Source of the DNA: Macrostomum lignano
Taxonomy: Eukaryota
Length of the DNA: 64,000 nt
Direction of reading: 5' to 3'
Assembly: GCA_002269645.1 (NCBI GenBank)
Contig: NIVC01000593.1
Coordinates: 429,454 to 493,453 of the forward strand
The position numbers were made by a program, and so were the translations under genes. Numbering within the stretch: position 1 is the first letter of the stretch; every line of letters begins with the position of its first letter. The notes beneath the pieces were generated by a model, which had not been told where the DNA came from, did no database searches, and saw only the letters and a list, made by a program, of their open reading frames with translations. Positions 51,304 to 64,000 of the stretch are shown here, in pieces.

Positions 51304-51916
51304 GGGTGGGTTTCACAAACGCGAAATTTCATAACCGCGCTAAAAGCACTAGCTTTTCATAAACGCGAAACTTCACAGCCTCAAAACTTCTCAACCTCGA
51401 AACTTCACAACCGCTAAGTCACCTACCTACTTTCATAAGCGATAAAATTTCATAGTGCGAAACTTCACAAACGCTAATTTTTTTGTAATCACTTTCATAA
51501 ACGCGAAACTTCACAACCGCTAAATGTCATCTATTTTCACAACTGCGAAACTTCACAACCGCTAAAATTTTTGCACTTACTTTCATATACGGCAGTCTTT
51601 TAGCGGTTGTGAAGTTTCGCAGTTGTTAAAGTAGATGACATTTAGCGGTTGTGAAGTTTCGCGTTTGTGAAGTTTCGCGCTTATGAAGTTTCGCGTTTAT
51701 GAAAGTGATTACAAAAAAATTAGCGGTTGTGAAGTTTCGCGGTGGTGAAAGTACGAGTAGATGACATTATAGCGGTTGTGAATTTTTCGGTTGGGAAATT
51801 TAACGCTTATGAAAGTAGGTGACTAGCGGTTGTGAAGTTTTGCGGTTGTGAAGTTTCGCGTTTATGAAACTGTGTGATTTAGCGGTTGTGAAATTTCGGG
51901 TTTGTGAAAGCAACCC
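51304..51916. mobile_element. Foldback-type MITE, 613 bp, with ~290-bp inverted arms built from ~14-bp subrepeats (CGCGAAACTTCACAA)
   Basis: Termini GGGTGGGTTTCACAAAC / GTTTGTGAAAGCAACCC. Landmarks are mirrored across the arms (TTTTTGTAATCACTTTCATAAACGCG; GTCACCTAC...TTTCATAAGCG). Flanks TTTTCTAC / TTTTCTAA match at 7 of 8 positions. Confidence 0.9.
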
Positions 51917-53325
51917 TTTTCTAATTTGCTCTGTCCGCAACTGTGCATCGTTTAAGCCACGCATCAAATTAATAAGCCGCGCTTGAGTAAAATGCGACAG
52001 CGCTACAACCCGCCATAAAGAATTTACTGTTAAGCTTCAATGAATTCTAAAAGACATTTGTGATTACATTGAGGATCATGAATTTAAGAATGCATGTACT
52101 TCAAAAACATTATTTATTGCACACATTAAATTATAACGACATATATAATGTACCCATCCATGCTATTACACAAAACGTATTTTCAATATACTAAAAATGA
52201 AACGTTCTTTCTGTTCGAAATAAAATGCGATTGATTTTTAAAAAATGTTTTAACGAGTTTTTAAATGTTTGCAAAGAAGGCCAGTTTATTGATTAAACAA
52301 ATTAATTTTTTAATTTACCTTTCCTAAACGAAACAAGAAGAATTGATCAGATATAAAGTACAAAAAAAGCTTATTGCAATTATTTACTTTAACCAAGAAA
52401 TGACTAACTTGCTTGATGATTGTTTTGCCGCAGATTTAATTTATGTTGGAAGTCGTGTTTTAAGCCACCTCTGCGGCCCACCTGTCTACATATAATAGAT
52501 AGATCTAGAGCTACCCTCCCTACAACCTATCCCTTAGGCATTACACGATAGGTCAGAAGGAAATATTGGAAACTTTTCCCATTTAGCAGAACGATTGGCT
52601 GAATGTCATTGGCTGAATGTCATTTTAACCGCTAGAATTTTATCTTTATTTCCGATACTGTGATACCGTACTTTGCCTAGGCTATGTTATACTTAGGACT
52701 TGGTAAAAGCAAATGATGTTTTTACATTTTTATAAATCGTGGGTTAAACAAATTATTTAATTTTTGTGTGGTATTTTTAGTTATGTTCAATTTAATTCAC
52801 ATGATGAAAAAATCTACAGACTTCATTAGTTCAACTAATGAACAAACGAAGTTCAACCATTCTCATTCAATCATTCAATCATTTAAAAAGATATGCCAAG
52901 AACAGGAACTAAATGGTACATGCTTCAAAATCATGTTAAATAAGAATAATAAAGCTATATTTGGTTTCTTTTGGGATTTAAGCAGCTTTTTATCCACTAT
53001 ACTAAATGTACCTATTCTATTTCTAAATCACAAAAAGAGCAAATTTATTGGTAAAGGATTTTTATTCAAGTACCATGTTTCTAAAAACCTTAATTATATT
53101 TATGGCTAATGATGATATATTATTATACTCAAGCAGATTTAACAAGATATTCGTATTTATTATTGAATTTTATAGTAAAACTGAGACTATATACCTTTTT
53201 TGAAACTTTGATGCCATTGACATAAAAAATAGTAAAAATATTGTTTTATCTAGATTTTAAAAAATGCTAATATCTGCAGGTAGTTTTGCAACTTAAGCTG
53301 GATATAATAATTAAAAAATCATTAA

Positions 53326-53733
<408 letters not shown>

Positions 53734-53770
53734 TGAGGCTTTATTGTAAACTTTTAGTGCCATTATAAAT

Positions 53771-53911
53771 GGGATTGTAACCTAGTGGTCAGAGCGTTGG
53801 ACTCACAACTCACAATTCTCGATCCCACTGGAACAAGTTTTGTCCTTGAGCAAGACGCTAAACTCTGCATTGCTTCAGTTCACCCAGCTGTAAAAAGGGT
53901 GCCAGCATTAG
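53771..53911 (+). mobile_element. CORE-SINE with a tRNA-like head, followed by a (TGTC)n tract to 54231
   Basis: Head AACCTAGTGGTCAGAGCGTTGGACT...CTCGATCCC, then GTCCTTGAGCAAGACGCTAAACTCTGCATTGCTTCAGTTCACCCAGCTGTAAAAAGGGTGCC, which matches the CORE domain consensus. Confidence 0.8.
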
Positions 53912-53912
53912 C

Positions 53913-54049
<137 letters not shown>

Positions 54050-54055
54050 GCCTAG

Positions 54056-54094
<39 letters not shown>

Positions 54095-54097
54095 ATG

Positions 54098-54158
<61 letters not shown>

Positions 54159-54168
54159 GCCTGCCTAG

Positions 54169-54232
<64 letters not shown>

Positions 54233-54267
54233 AGCCAGTCAGAGTCCCCAACCCGCATCTTGCATAG

Positions 54268-54501
54268 ACCTGGCCAGCGCTGAGCACAGGCTGGAGATGC
54301 TCCGCCTGGCGCTGTCTCCGCCAGCTGTCGCTGGGCCACCCGCCTGGATTCGCCTCGGCAAATGGGAGGCAACCAGACGCCGCTGGACGCCCACCAGACA
54401 GGTGCTGGACCGCTACCAGGCGGCTATCGACGCCGAGCTGACCGGGACGGAGCCCTGCTCCACTGCAGGTGGCAGCGGCGGTGAAAGCTGCGACGAAACA
54501 G
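54268..54501 (+). CDS. Nmnat: NMNAT exon 2 ([16 protein letters not shown]...[25 protein letters not shown]...)
   Basis: Acceptor tcttgcatag. Two in-frame phase-1 donors at 54469 and 54502. HR..M..LA and WE..Q/R..W..T..VL motifs. Confidence 0.9.
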
Positions 54502-54575
54502 GTTGGACTAAATTTTCTAAATTTTATAGAAAAACATGGGTCTGAGGAAACTGCTAGCTGCTTTCGCTCTTTTAG

Positions 54576-54757
54576 ACGCGGAGTGCATCTGGTTGCGAAA
54601 ACTCGTCAGACGATTGAAATCCACCGCCGGTGCCAGCGCCCATGGCGGCGACTCGGCCGATCGTCAGACGGCGCCACTAGCGGCCAGACTGATGCTGCTG
54701 TGCGGCGCCGACTTGTTGGCCAGCTTCGCCCGGCCCGGCCTGTGGCGCACCGAGGAT
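54576..54757 (+). CDS. Nmnat: NMNAT exon 3 (...RLMLLCGADLLASFARPGLWRTED)
   Basis: Acceptor ctcttttag, donor GAT|GTAAGC. LLCGADLL.SF..P.LW..ED motif. Confidence 0.93.
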
Positions 54758-54825
54758 GTAAGCTAGATTTATAGGTCAAATATTTTGTGGTCTTTTTTTA
54801 GCTTGTGTGCACTTAAATCAAGTCG

Positions 54826-55020
54826 TCATGCACTTTTTTAGTTTTAGTTTACTATATTCAAGTTCACATGCACTTTTAGCTAGTTCACCTGCACTTGATT
54901 CGAGTTCGAGTGTACTTTATTCAAGTTTGCGTGCACTTTATTCAAGTTCGAGTGTACCTTATTCAAGTTCGCGTGCACTTTACACAAGTTCGCGTCCACT
55001 TTATTCAAATTCGAGTGTAG
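54826..55020. repeat. Degenerate ~23-bp tandem repeat (GTGCACTTTATTCAAGTTCG..) in NMNAT intron 3
   Basis: Direct inspection. Confidence 0.75.
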
Positions 55021-55163
55021 TCGAAAGTTTTGTTCTGTAAATAAAGTTTAATAGACTTCTCTATAAATTCGGTTATATTTTAACTGTTTTCTTGATTTTC
55101 TTGATGTATTATTCTAGTATTTTGTTTAAAAAACGTTATGCGCGTCTCATTTTCATCTCACAG

Positions 55164-55265
55164 ATGGTCACTATTGCCCGCGACTATGGCATGGTTGTGC
55201 TCGCCAGGAGCGGCTTCAACCCGCAAAAGTTTATTTACGAGTGCGACGCGATCAACCCGTTTGAG
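55164..55265 (+). CDS. Nmnat: NMNAT exon 4 (MVTIARDYGMVVLARSGFNPQKFIYECDAINPFE)
   Basis: Acceptor catctcacag, donor GAG|GTGAGA, phase 0 at both ends. Matches NMNAT1 [21 protein letters not shown]. Confidence 0.94.
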
Positions 55266-55721
55266 GTGAGAATTTTCCAGTACTTTTATCTACCTGTTCC
55301 CAAACTGTGCCGCCTTCCATCCCACCAGAAGATGCAAGAAAAAAGAGATTATGAAATCAAAGGACTTAAAAGTCAGTTAAATATGAAATTCAGCATGCAA
55401 TCAAAGGCATAGCATGCAGAAAACCGTGCCTTTCAAGGTCGCATTATTTTGATCACCAAGCAAACTTGTAGCAAAGAGTCTGTACGCCTCATCAAACCAG
55501 TTTTGTCCTGCTCTCTTATTTCTGCTGCATCTTACTGTGTGTCGTTTTGGCTTTTTTTCAAAGATTCTTCTTACGAACTAATAATTTAATTTGCCGCAAA
55601 ATCTCTCGCATGAATAATGACTTGGGTGCGTCAGTAGTTTGCAGGAAACTCGGTGGTATGTGAAATGTACTTTTGCGCAGAGCTGCGCCCAGGCGGGTTG
55701 CTGTGGCTGCTATTACTGGAC

Positions 55722-56456
55722 AATCGCCCTAAACTGACATCAAGAATCGCCTTAAACCCGACATCAAGAATCGCCCTAAACCCGACATCAAGAATCGCCC
55801 TAAACCCGACATCAAGAATCGCCCTAAACCCGACATCAAGAATCGCCCCAAACCCGACATCAAGAATCGCCCTAAACCCGACATCAAGAATCGCCCTAAA
55901 CCCGAAATCAAGAATCGCCCTAAACCCAAATCAAGAATCGCCCTAAACCCGACATTAAGAATCGCCCTAAACCCGACATTAAGAATCGCCCTAAACCCGA
56001 CATCAAGAATCGCCCTAAACCCGACATCAAGAATCGCCCCAAACCCGACATCAAGAATCGCCCTAAACCCGACATCAAGAATCGCCCTAAACCCAACATT
56101 AAGAATCGCCCTAAACCCGACATCAAGAATCGCCCTAAACCCGACATCAAGAATCGCCCCAAACCCGACATCAAGAATCGCCCTAAACCCAACATTAAGA
56201 ATCGCCCTAAACCCGACATTAAGAATCGCCCTAAACCCGACATCAAGAATCGCCCTAAACCCGACATCAAGAATCGCCCTAAACCCGACATTAAGAATCG
56301 CCCTAAACCCGACATTAAGAATCGCGCTAAACCCGACATCAAGAATCGCCCTAAACCCGACATCAAGAATCGCCTTAAACCTGACATCAAGAATCGCCCC
56401 AAACCCGACATCAAGAATCGCCCTAAACCCAACATTAAGAATCGCCCTAAACCCAA
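55722..56456. repeat. 24-bp minisatellite (CGACATCAAGAATCGCCCTAAACC) in NMNAT intron 4
   Basis: Direct inspection. Confidence 0.97.
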
Positions 56457-56583
56457 CTCAACCATGCTGAAAGCCGGTTTGTCGAATCTCCAACCCCCTT
56501 TAAGAATAAACTAATTTGACTAATCGCATCAATAAAGTTTGAAATGAAGTTACTTGCACTAATTTAATCTTTCTAACGTCCAG

Positions 56584-56754
56584 CAAAACCTGGTGATCCT
56601 ATCCGAGTGGTCCTGCAACGACACCAGCTCCAGCCAAATTCGTCGGTCCCTCCGACGCGGAGAGAGTGTTCGCTACCTGCTGCCAGACAGCGTCATTGAC
56701 TACGTGTACAGGCACCGGCTGTACGGCTGCAGGGCAGACTACTGGCATGGGTGA
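56584..56754 (+). CDS. Nmnat: NMNAT exon 5, short-isoform terminus (QNLVILSEWSCNDTSSSQIRRSLRRGESVRYLLPDSVIDYVYRHRLYGCRADYWHG*)
   Basis: Acceptor ctaacgtccag. Matches NMNAT1 [36 protein letters not shown]. TGA at 56752-56754 gives a 290-aa protein with the 54502 donor. Confidence 0.94.
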   Translation, partial: QNLVILSEWSCNDTSSSQIRRSLRRGESVRYLLPDSVIDYVYRHRLYGCRADYWHG

Positions 56755-56805
56755 GGCGCTGAGGCCGTTTTGAGATGGAGAGAAACTTCATAGGACCGTG
56801 CTAGG

Positions 56806-57250
56806 CTGATAGACTAGGGAAGTGACAGACTGATAGACTAGGGAAGTGACAGACTGATAGACTAGGGAAGTGACAGACCGATAGACTAGGGAAGTGACAG
56901 ACTGATCGACTAGGGAAGTGACAGACTGATAGACTAGGGAAGTGACAGACTGATATACTAGGGAAGTGACAGACTGATAGATTAGGGAAGTGACAGACTG
57001 ATAGACTAGGGAAGTGACAGACTGATAGACTAGGGAAGTGACAGACCGATAGACTAGGGAAGTGACAGACTGATAGATTAGGGAAGTGACAGACTGATAG
57101 ATTAGGGAAGTGACAGACTGATAGACTAGGGAAGTGACAGACTGATAGACTAGGGAAGTGACAGACTGATAGACTAGGGAAGTGACAGACTGATAGATTA
57201 GGGAAGTGACAGACTGATAGACTAGGGAAGTGACAGACCGATAGACCAGT
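56806..57250. repeat. 24-bp minisatellite (TGATAGACTAGGGAAGTGACAGAC)
   Basis: Direct inspection. Confidence 0.97.
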
Positions 57251-57767
57251 GAAGAGACAGACCAAAAAAGGTTATTTCTTTTGCCAAAAAGCAGCAGAAA
57301 GTGTTAGTTGAGAAGTTTGGCTTGGCCAATGAGCAGTTGTCATGAATGCTCTAGAGAAACTAAGTAATATAGAAAGTGTGAGAGAGGAGAAGTAATGGAT
57401 AATGTTTAGCTTAGCCTTGAGCCAGGGAAATGAAGTTATGATCTAGAGACGCCTAGGCAATTTTGGATTAGTAGAGATGATACTCGTATATGCTACTAAC
57501 ATTACAATCTGCATATTGCAAGCAGAACTTAATCAGCGCGCGTTTGCGAAGATGTAATGCATGTAGCTTAAAGTCTACAGTCTAATATGGCCTCGGGGTG
57601 GATCTACAGACTTTCATATTTTTGTATGTGATGAAGGATGAAGCTGGAATGGGGCTTGTCTTGAGAGTTTGTCCAAAGTTCTACTTTGGAACTTGTATAC
57701 AAATTTCTTTCTTTTTAATCCGTGAAATTCTTTAAAGTCTGCTTGGTTTTCCTAAATAAAAAAAATC

Positions 57768-58610
57768 CCCTTGGTTTTCCTAGAATGTCCTAGGTTTTCC
57801 TAGAATGTCCTAGGTTTTCCTAGAATCTCCTTGATTTCCTAGAATCCCCTTGGTTTTCCTGGAATCTCCTTGGTTTTCCTGGAATCTCCTTGGTTTTCCT
57901 GGAATCTCCTTGGTTTTCCTGGAATCTCCTTGGTTTTCCTGGAATCTCCTTGGTTTTCCTGGAATCCCCTTGGTTTTCCTAGAATGTCCTAGGTTTTCCT
58001 AGAATCTCCTTGATTTCCTAGAATCCCCTTGGTTTTCCTGGAATCTCCTTGGTTTTCCTGGAATCCCCTTGGTTTTCCTGGAATCTCCTTGGTTTTCCTG
58101 GAATCTCCTTGGTTTTCCTGGAATCTCCTTGGTTTTCCTGGAATCCCCTTGGTTTTCCTGGAATCTCCTTGGTTTTCCTGGAATCTCCTTGGTTTTCCTG
58201 GAATCTCCTTGGTTTTCCTGGAATCTCCTTGGTTTTCCTGGAATCTCCTTGGTTTTCCTGGAATCCCCTTGGTTTTCCTAGAATGTCCTAGGTTTTCCTA
58301 GAATCTCCTTGATTTCCTAGAATCCCCTTGGTTTTCCTGGAATCCCCTTGGTTTTCCTGGAATCCCCTTGGTTTTCCTGGAATCTCCTTGGTTTTCCTGG
58401 AATCTCCTTGGTTTTCCTGGAATCTCCTTGGTTTTCCTGGAATCCCCTTGGTTTTCCTGGAATCTCCTTGGTATTCCTGGAATCTCCTTGGTTTTCCTGG
58501 AATATTCTTGATTTCATAAAATCTTGGTTTCCTAGAATCTCCTTGGTTTCCTAGAATCCCCTTGATTTTCCTGGAATCCCCTTGATTTTCCTGGAATCCC
58601 CTTGGTTTTC
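57768..58610. repeat. 20-bp minisatellite (TTGGTTTTCCTGGAATCTCC)
   Basis: Direct inspection. Confidence 0.97.
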
Positions 58611-59050
58611 CTAGAATTCTTAGACTTCATAAAATCTCCCCGATTTTTCTAAAATATGGATTTTTTACGATAATATTTCCTAAAATATCTTTGGATTCTC
58701 ATTTAGTTGTTTTAAATCTCTCTAGGGGGTTCTTAGAATCTTTCTAGAGTTTTTAAAAACTTTCCAAATAGTTAGAATGTCTCCAAATTGTTAGAATCTC
58801 AATGGATTTCCTAGAATTTTCATGGTTTTTTTACATTTCCTGGAATCTCCATGCCATAAAATAATTTATCTATAGGTCATAGCATCGTTTTAGATTATTT
58901 AGCATCTGTCTAAGGTATCTCTTAAAAACGCCTTGATTTCTAAGAAACCCTTCTACAAAATTTCTTAGAAAGCCTGAGAAATTCCTTAAAAAAATTACTT
59001 TTGCAAGTATCTTAGCGAGCTCCGGAACCCCTAAATTCAACAAATCCCAG

Positions 59051-59393
59051 ACAGTCGTCTGTCTCATCTGATGACGCCGCCGAGGCTGCTGTCTCGAGTT
59101 CAGCAGCTGCAGCAGCAGTTCAGCGGTGCAGCCGCGGCTGCCAGACCCGCATGACCGGCTCGGCGATGCCGGCCGCCCGCATCGGAAAGGAGTGCCGCGC
59201 CTGCGGCGCCCGTTCAACACGGCACGTCTTCTTGTCGTCGGCAGCGGTCGACGATCAACGCGGCGACGCGCCCGACTGTCTGCCTCAGCAGCAGCAGCAT
59301 GGTGACAGCCGCCATGATCGTCATCGCCAGCAATCGCTCCAGCAGGATGCTGCTAGTGTTGCGGCATTGCCAGCGTTGTCTGGGCCTGTCCGG
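59051..59393 (+). CDS. Nmnat: Putative alternative NMNAT exon 6 (QSSVSSDDAAEAAV...RIGKECRACGARSTRH...ALSGPVR)
   Basis: A GC-rich island between two repeat arrays. Acceptor tcccag at 59050 and a consensus donor CGG|GTAAGT at 59394. The only + frame open across the island is the phase-2 frame required by the donor at 56751. Confidence 0.62.
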
Positions 59394-59477
59394 GTAAGTT
59401 GGCTGTGTTGTTGATAAATTCATAGCTAAGCTCTTTTTGAGGGCTGGCTGGGAAAATAAAATGCAAATTTCATTTGG

Positions 59478-60167
59478 GTGATAAGGAGTGAGGCTGGAAG
59501 ATGAGGAGTGAGGCTGGGAGATGAGGAGTGAGGCTGGAAGATGGGGAGTGAGGCTGGGAGATGAGGAGTGAGGCTGGGAGATGAGGAGTGAGGCTGGAAG
59601 ATGGGGAGTGAGGCTGGAAGATGGGGAGTGAGGCTGGGAGATGAGTAGTGAGGCTGGGAGATGAGGAGTGAGGCTGGAAGATGGGGAGTGAGGCTGGGAG
59701 ATAAGGTGAGCCTGGGAGATGAGGAGTGCAACTGAGAAATGAGGAGTGAGGCTGAGAGATGAGGCGTGAGGTAGGGAGATAGGGAGTGAGCATGGGAGAT
59801 GAGGAGTGCAACTGAGAAATGAGGAGTGAGGCTGGGAGATGGGGAGTGAGGCTGAGAGATGAGGAGTGAGGCTGAGAGATGAGGCGTGAGGTAGGGAGAT
59901 AGGGAGTGAGCATGGGAGATGAGGAGTGCAACTGAGAAATGAGGAGTGAGGCTGGGAGATGGGGAGTGAGGCTGAGAGATGAGGAGTGAGGCTGGGAGAT
60001 GAGGAGTGAGACTGAGAGATGGGGAGTGAGGCTGGGAGATGGGGAGTGAGGCTGAGAGATGAGGAGTGCGGCTGGGAGATGAGGAGTGAGACTGAGAGAT
60101 GGGGAGTGAGGCTGGGAGATGAGGAGTGAGGCTGGGAGATGAAGAGTGAGGCTGGAAGATGGGGAGA
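59478..60167. repeat. 20-bp purine-rich minisatellite (GAGGAGTGAGGCTGGGAGAT)
   Basis: Direct inspection. Confidence 0.95.
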
Positions 60168-60231
60168 AGATAATAGGATCTTTAATAAATGTACCAAGAA
60201 GATTACAAAGCTCTTTCTAACTTCCCTGCAG

Positions 60232-60273
60232 TCATTGCTTGGTCAAGCGAGATTTCAAAAGAGTATTTCATAA
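60232..60273 (+). CDS. Nmnat: Putative terminal exon of the long NMNAT isoform (SLLGQARFQKSIS*); an alternative acceptor at 60286 would give HRSHRESKS*
   Basis: Acceptor ctttctaacttccctgcag with a CTAAC branch-like motif; phase 0 matches the donor at 59394. Confidence 0.4.
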   Translation, partial: SLLGQARFQKSIS

Positions 60274-60404
60274 CTTTCTATTCCAGCATCGGAGCCACAG
60301 GGAGAGCAAGAGCTGATGATGCTTATTAGACCGTTTGAGTTTTTAAACTAAGTTTGACAGCTGCACGAGTCACTAGTGTGAGAATTCAAGATGAGCTTGG
60401 ATTT

Positions 60405-61415
60405 CTGAGTCATGAGATTCTCAGATGAGTCGGATTTTTGAGTCATGAGATTCTCAGATGAGTCGGATTTTTGAGTCATGAGATTCTCAGATGAGTCGGA
60501 TTTCTGAGTCATGATATTCTCAGATGAGTCGGATTTATGAGTCATGAGATTCTCAGATGAGTCGGATTTTTGAGTCATGAGATTCTCAGATGAGTCGGAT
60601 TTTTGAGTCATGAGATTCTCAGATGAGTCGGATTTATGAGTCATGAGATTCTCAGATGAGTCGGATTTTTGAGTCATGAGATTCTCAGATGAGTCGGATT
60701 TATGAGTCATGAGATTCTCAGATGAGTCGGATTTATGAGTCATGAGATTCTCAGATGAGTCGGATTTATGAGTCATGAGATTCTCAGATGAGTCGGATTT
60801 ATGAGTCATGAGATTCTCAGATGAGTCGGATTTATGAGTCATGAGATTCTCAGCTGAGTTCGGATTGCTAAGTCATGAGATTCTCAGATGAGTTTGGATT
60901 TTTTAGTCATGAGATTCTCAGCTGAGTTCGGATTTCTGAGTCATGAGATTCTCAGCTGAGTTCGGATTTCTGAGTCATGAGATTCTCAGCTGAGTTCGGA
61001 TTTCTGAGTCATGAGATTCTCAGCTGAGTTCGGATTTCTGAGTCATGAGATTCTCAGATGAGGTCGGATTGCTGAGTCATGAGATTTTCAGATGAGGTCG
61101 GATTTCTGAGTCATGATATTCTCAGATGAGTCGGATTTATGAGTCATGAGATTCTCAGATGAGTCGGATTTTTGAGTCATGAGATTCTCAGATGAGTCGG
61201 ACTTTTGAGTCATGAGATTCTCAGCTGAGTTCGGATTGCTAAGTCATGAGATTCTCAAATGAGTTTGGATTTTTTAGTCATGAGATTCTCAGCTGAGTTC
61301 GGATTTCTGAGTCATGAGATTCTCAGCTGAGTTCGGATTTCTGAGTCATGAGATTCTCAGCTGAGTTCGGATTTCTGAGTCATGAGATAGAGTTCGGATT
61401 TCTGAGTCATGAGAT
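60405..61415. repeat. 33/34-bp minisatellite (TGAGTCATGAGATTCTCAGATGAGTCGGATTTA)
   Basis: Direct inspection. Confidence 0.97.
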
Positions 61416-62066
61416 ATCATATGCCCGCTTAGCATGTAATATTTTTTAAACTCTAAAAGTTTGTCTGTGATCCGTCTGCATTGTCACGCACACAAAAATC
61501 TTTTAGTTTGGTCCAAAATCTGTCTACCTGTTCGCACAGAACCCCCTTTGATCTAATTAGATTTGTTGCATATTAAATAATTTGTCAAAAAACTCGAAAT
61601 TTTCTCTTAAAATTTTCTCTTTGTTTTCTGTGTCAAAATTTCGCTTAAGTACTCGTAGATTACAAGTTTCGCAATTCTACTAAACTACTTGAATTATTGA
61701 CAAATAATTTTCATCTTCCTTTATAGCTGGAATATCTATTTCGTCAATAAATGATGCTCAATAAGCTTTTCCAATCGAAAACGTACTACTTACTGCCACT
61801 ATTAGTAGAATGTTGTGCGCATTTTCTGTTGTCGCTTTTTAAGCAATGTTGTCGTGGCATTTTTAATTAATTTTTTTAGATGACGTTTTTTATTGGTTTT
61901 TCTCTGCTAACCTTACGAGATAGATTTGGATTTACCAGTAGCTATTTGTAATAAGTTAACTGTTCTGGCTCATGTCTCACTGTTATAGATCAAGTGAATA
62001 AATTTACTTTGTTCCTACTGTTTATGTAGCGATTGCGTTCGCACAGGCGCAATTTGGTGGACTTGA

Positions 62067-63758
<1,692 letters not shown>

Positions 63759-64000
63759 AATTTACCAACCAAAATACCTTCATAGCTTGAGAGGCAGGTC
63801 TCTATACGCCCCTCCTTCGCCAAATTAAACAATTCAATTTTTATGAGCAAGCTTCGTGCATGCAGCACATGGTTTACAAACTCGTGGAAAAAACCTTAAC
63901 TGCAGTGGTGAAAATCTTGTAAAACAGCGCAGAGCTTTCTCCTACTTTTTCTGTTTTTTTCCTTCCCTAACGATTTCCCGCTTGAGTGCGTGTTATTGCT

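Noticed and set aside
54502-54529. Possible 28-nt micro-intron in NMNAT
   Set aside because: Using the AG at 54529 gives the wrong frame; the acceptor at 54575 restores LLCGADLL
55722-56456. CCCTAAA plant-telomere-like heptamer in the 24-bp unit
   Set aside because: One heptamer per unit separated by 17 unrelated bases; not a telomeric tract
59214-59447. - strand exon candidate (acceptor ttttattttcccag; PALKKSLAMNLST...QEDVPC*)
   Set aside because: Not excluded, but disfavoured. The GC-rich island extends well past its stop, no upstream - strand partner exon is visible, and the + frame is open throughout with phase-matched acceptor and consensus donor.

Overview
Eukaryotic (animal) genomic DNA with GC-rich exons, AT-rich spliceosomal introns and a very high tandem-repeat load (more than 20 unrelated minisatellite or microsatellite arrays, roughly a third of the window by my rough sum). 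The two-domain small heat-shock protein, the exon style and the repeat load suggest a flatworm such as Macrostomum; this is inference, not tested. Genes assembled by hand from splice signals and reading phase are: (1) the 3' end of an unidentified + strand gene (to 319); (2) a - strand MiT/TFE (MITF/TFEB/HLH-30-like) bHLH-ZIP gene with 4 coding exons, 12083 to 4700, about 481 aa; (3) an intronless - strand two-domain alpha-crystallin small HSP (p40/Tsp36 type), 23881 to 22754; (4) tRNA-Cys(GCA); (5) a - strand tincar-like 8-TM protein with 2 exons, about 777 aa; (6) a + strand NMNAT with 5 exons (about 290 aa) and a phase-compatible alternative C-terminal extension. Mobile elements include several MITEs, Helitron-like elements, tRNA/CORE SINEs and a satellite that recurs with its own flank. 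Most long ORFs in the supplied track are repeat artefacts. The best leads are: four perfect CLEAR sites (GTCACGTGAC) just 3' of the MiT/TFE gene plus a MITE-borne M-box 5' of it, suggesting repeat-built autoregulation; a MiT zipper lacking the family's 3-residue stammer; and an NMNAT stop codon embedded in a splice donor that could switch between short and long isoforms. No database search or alignment was run; all family calls come from recognising motifs.
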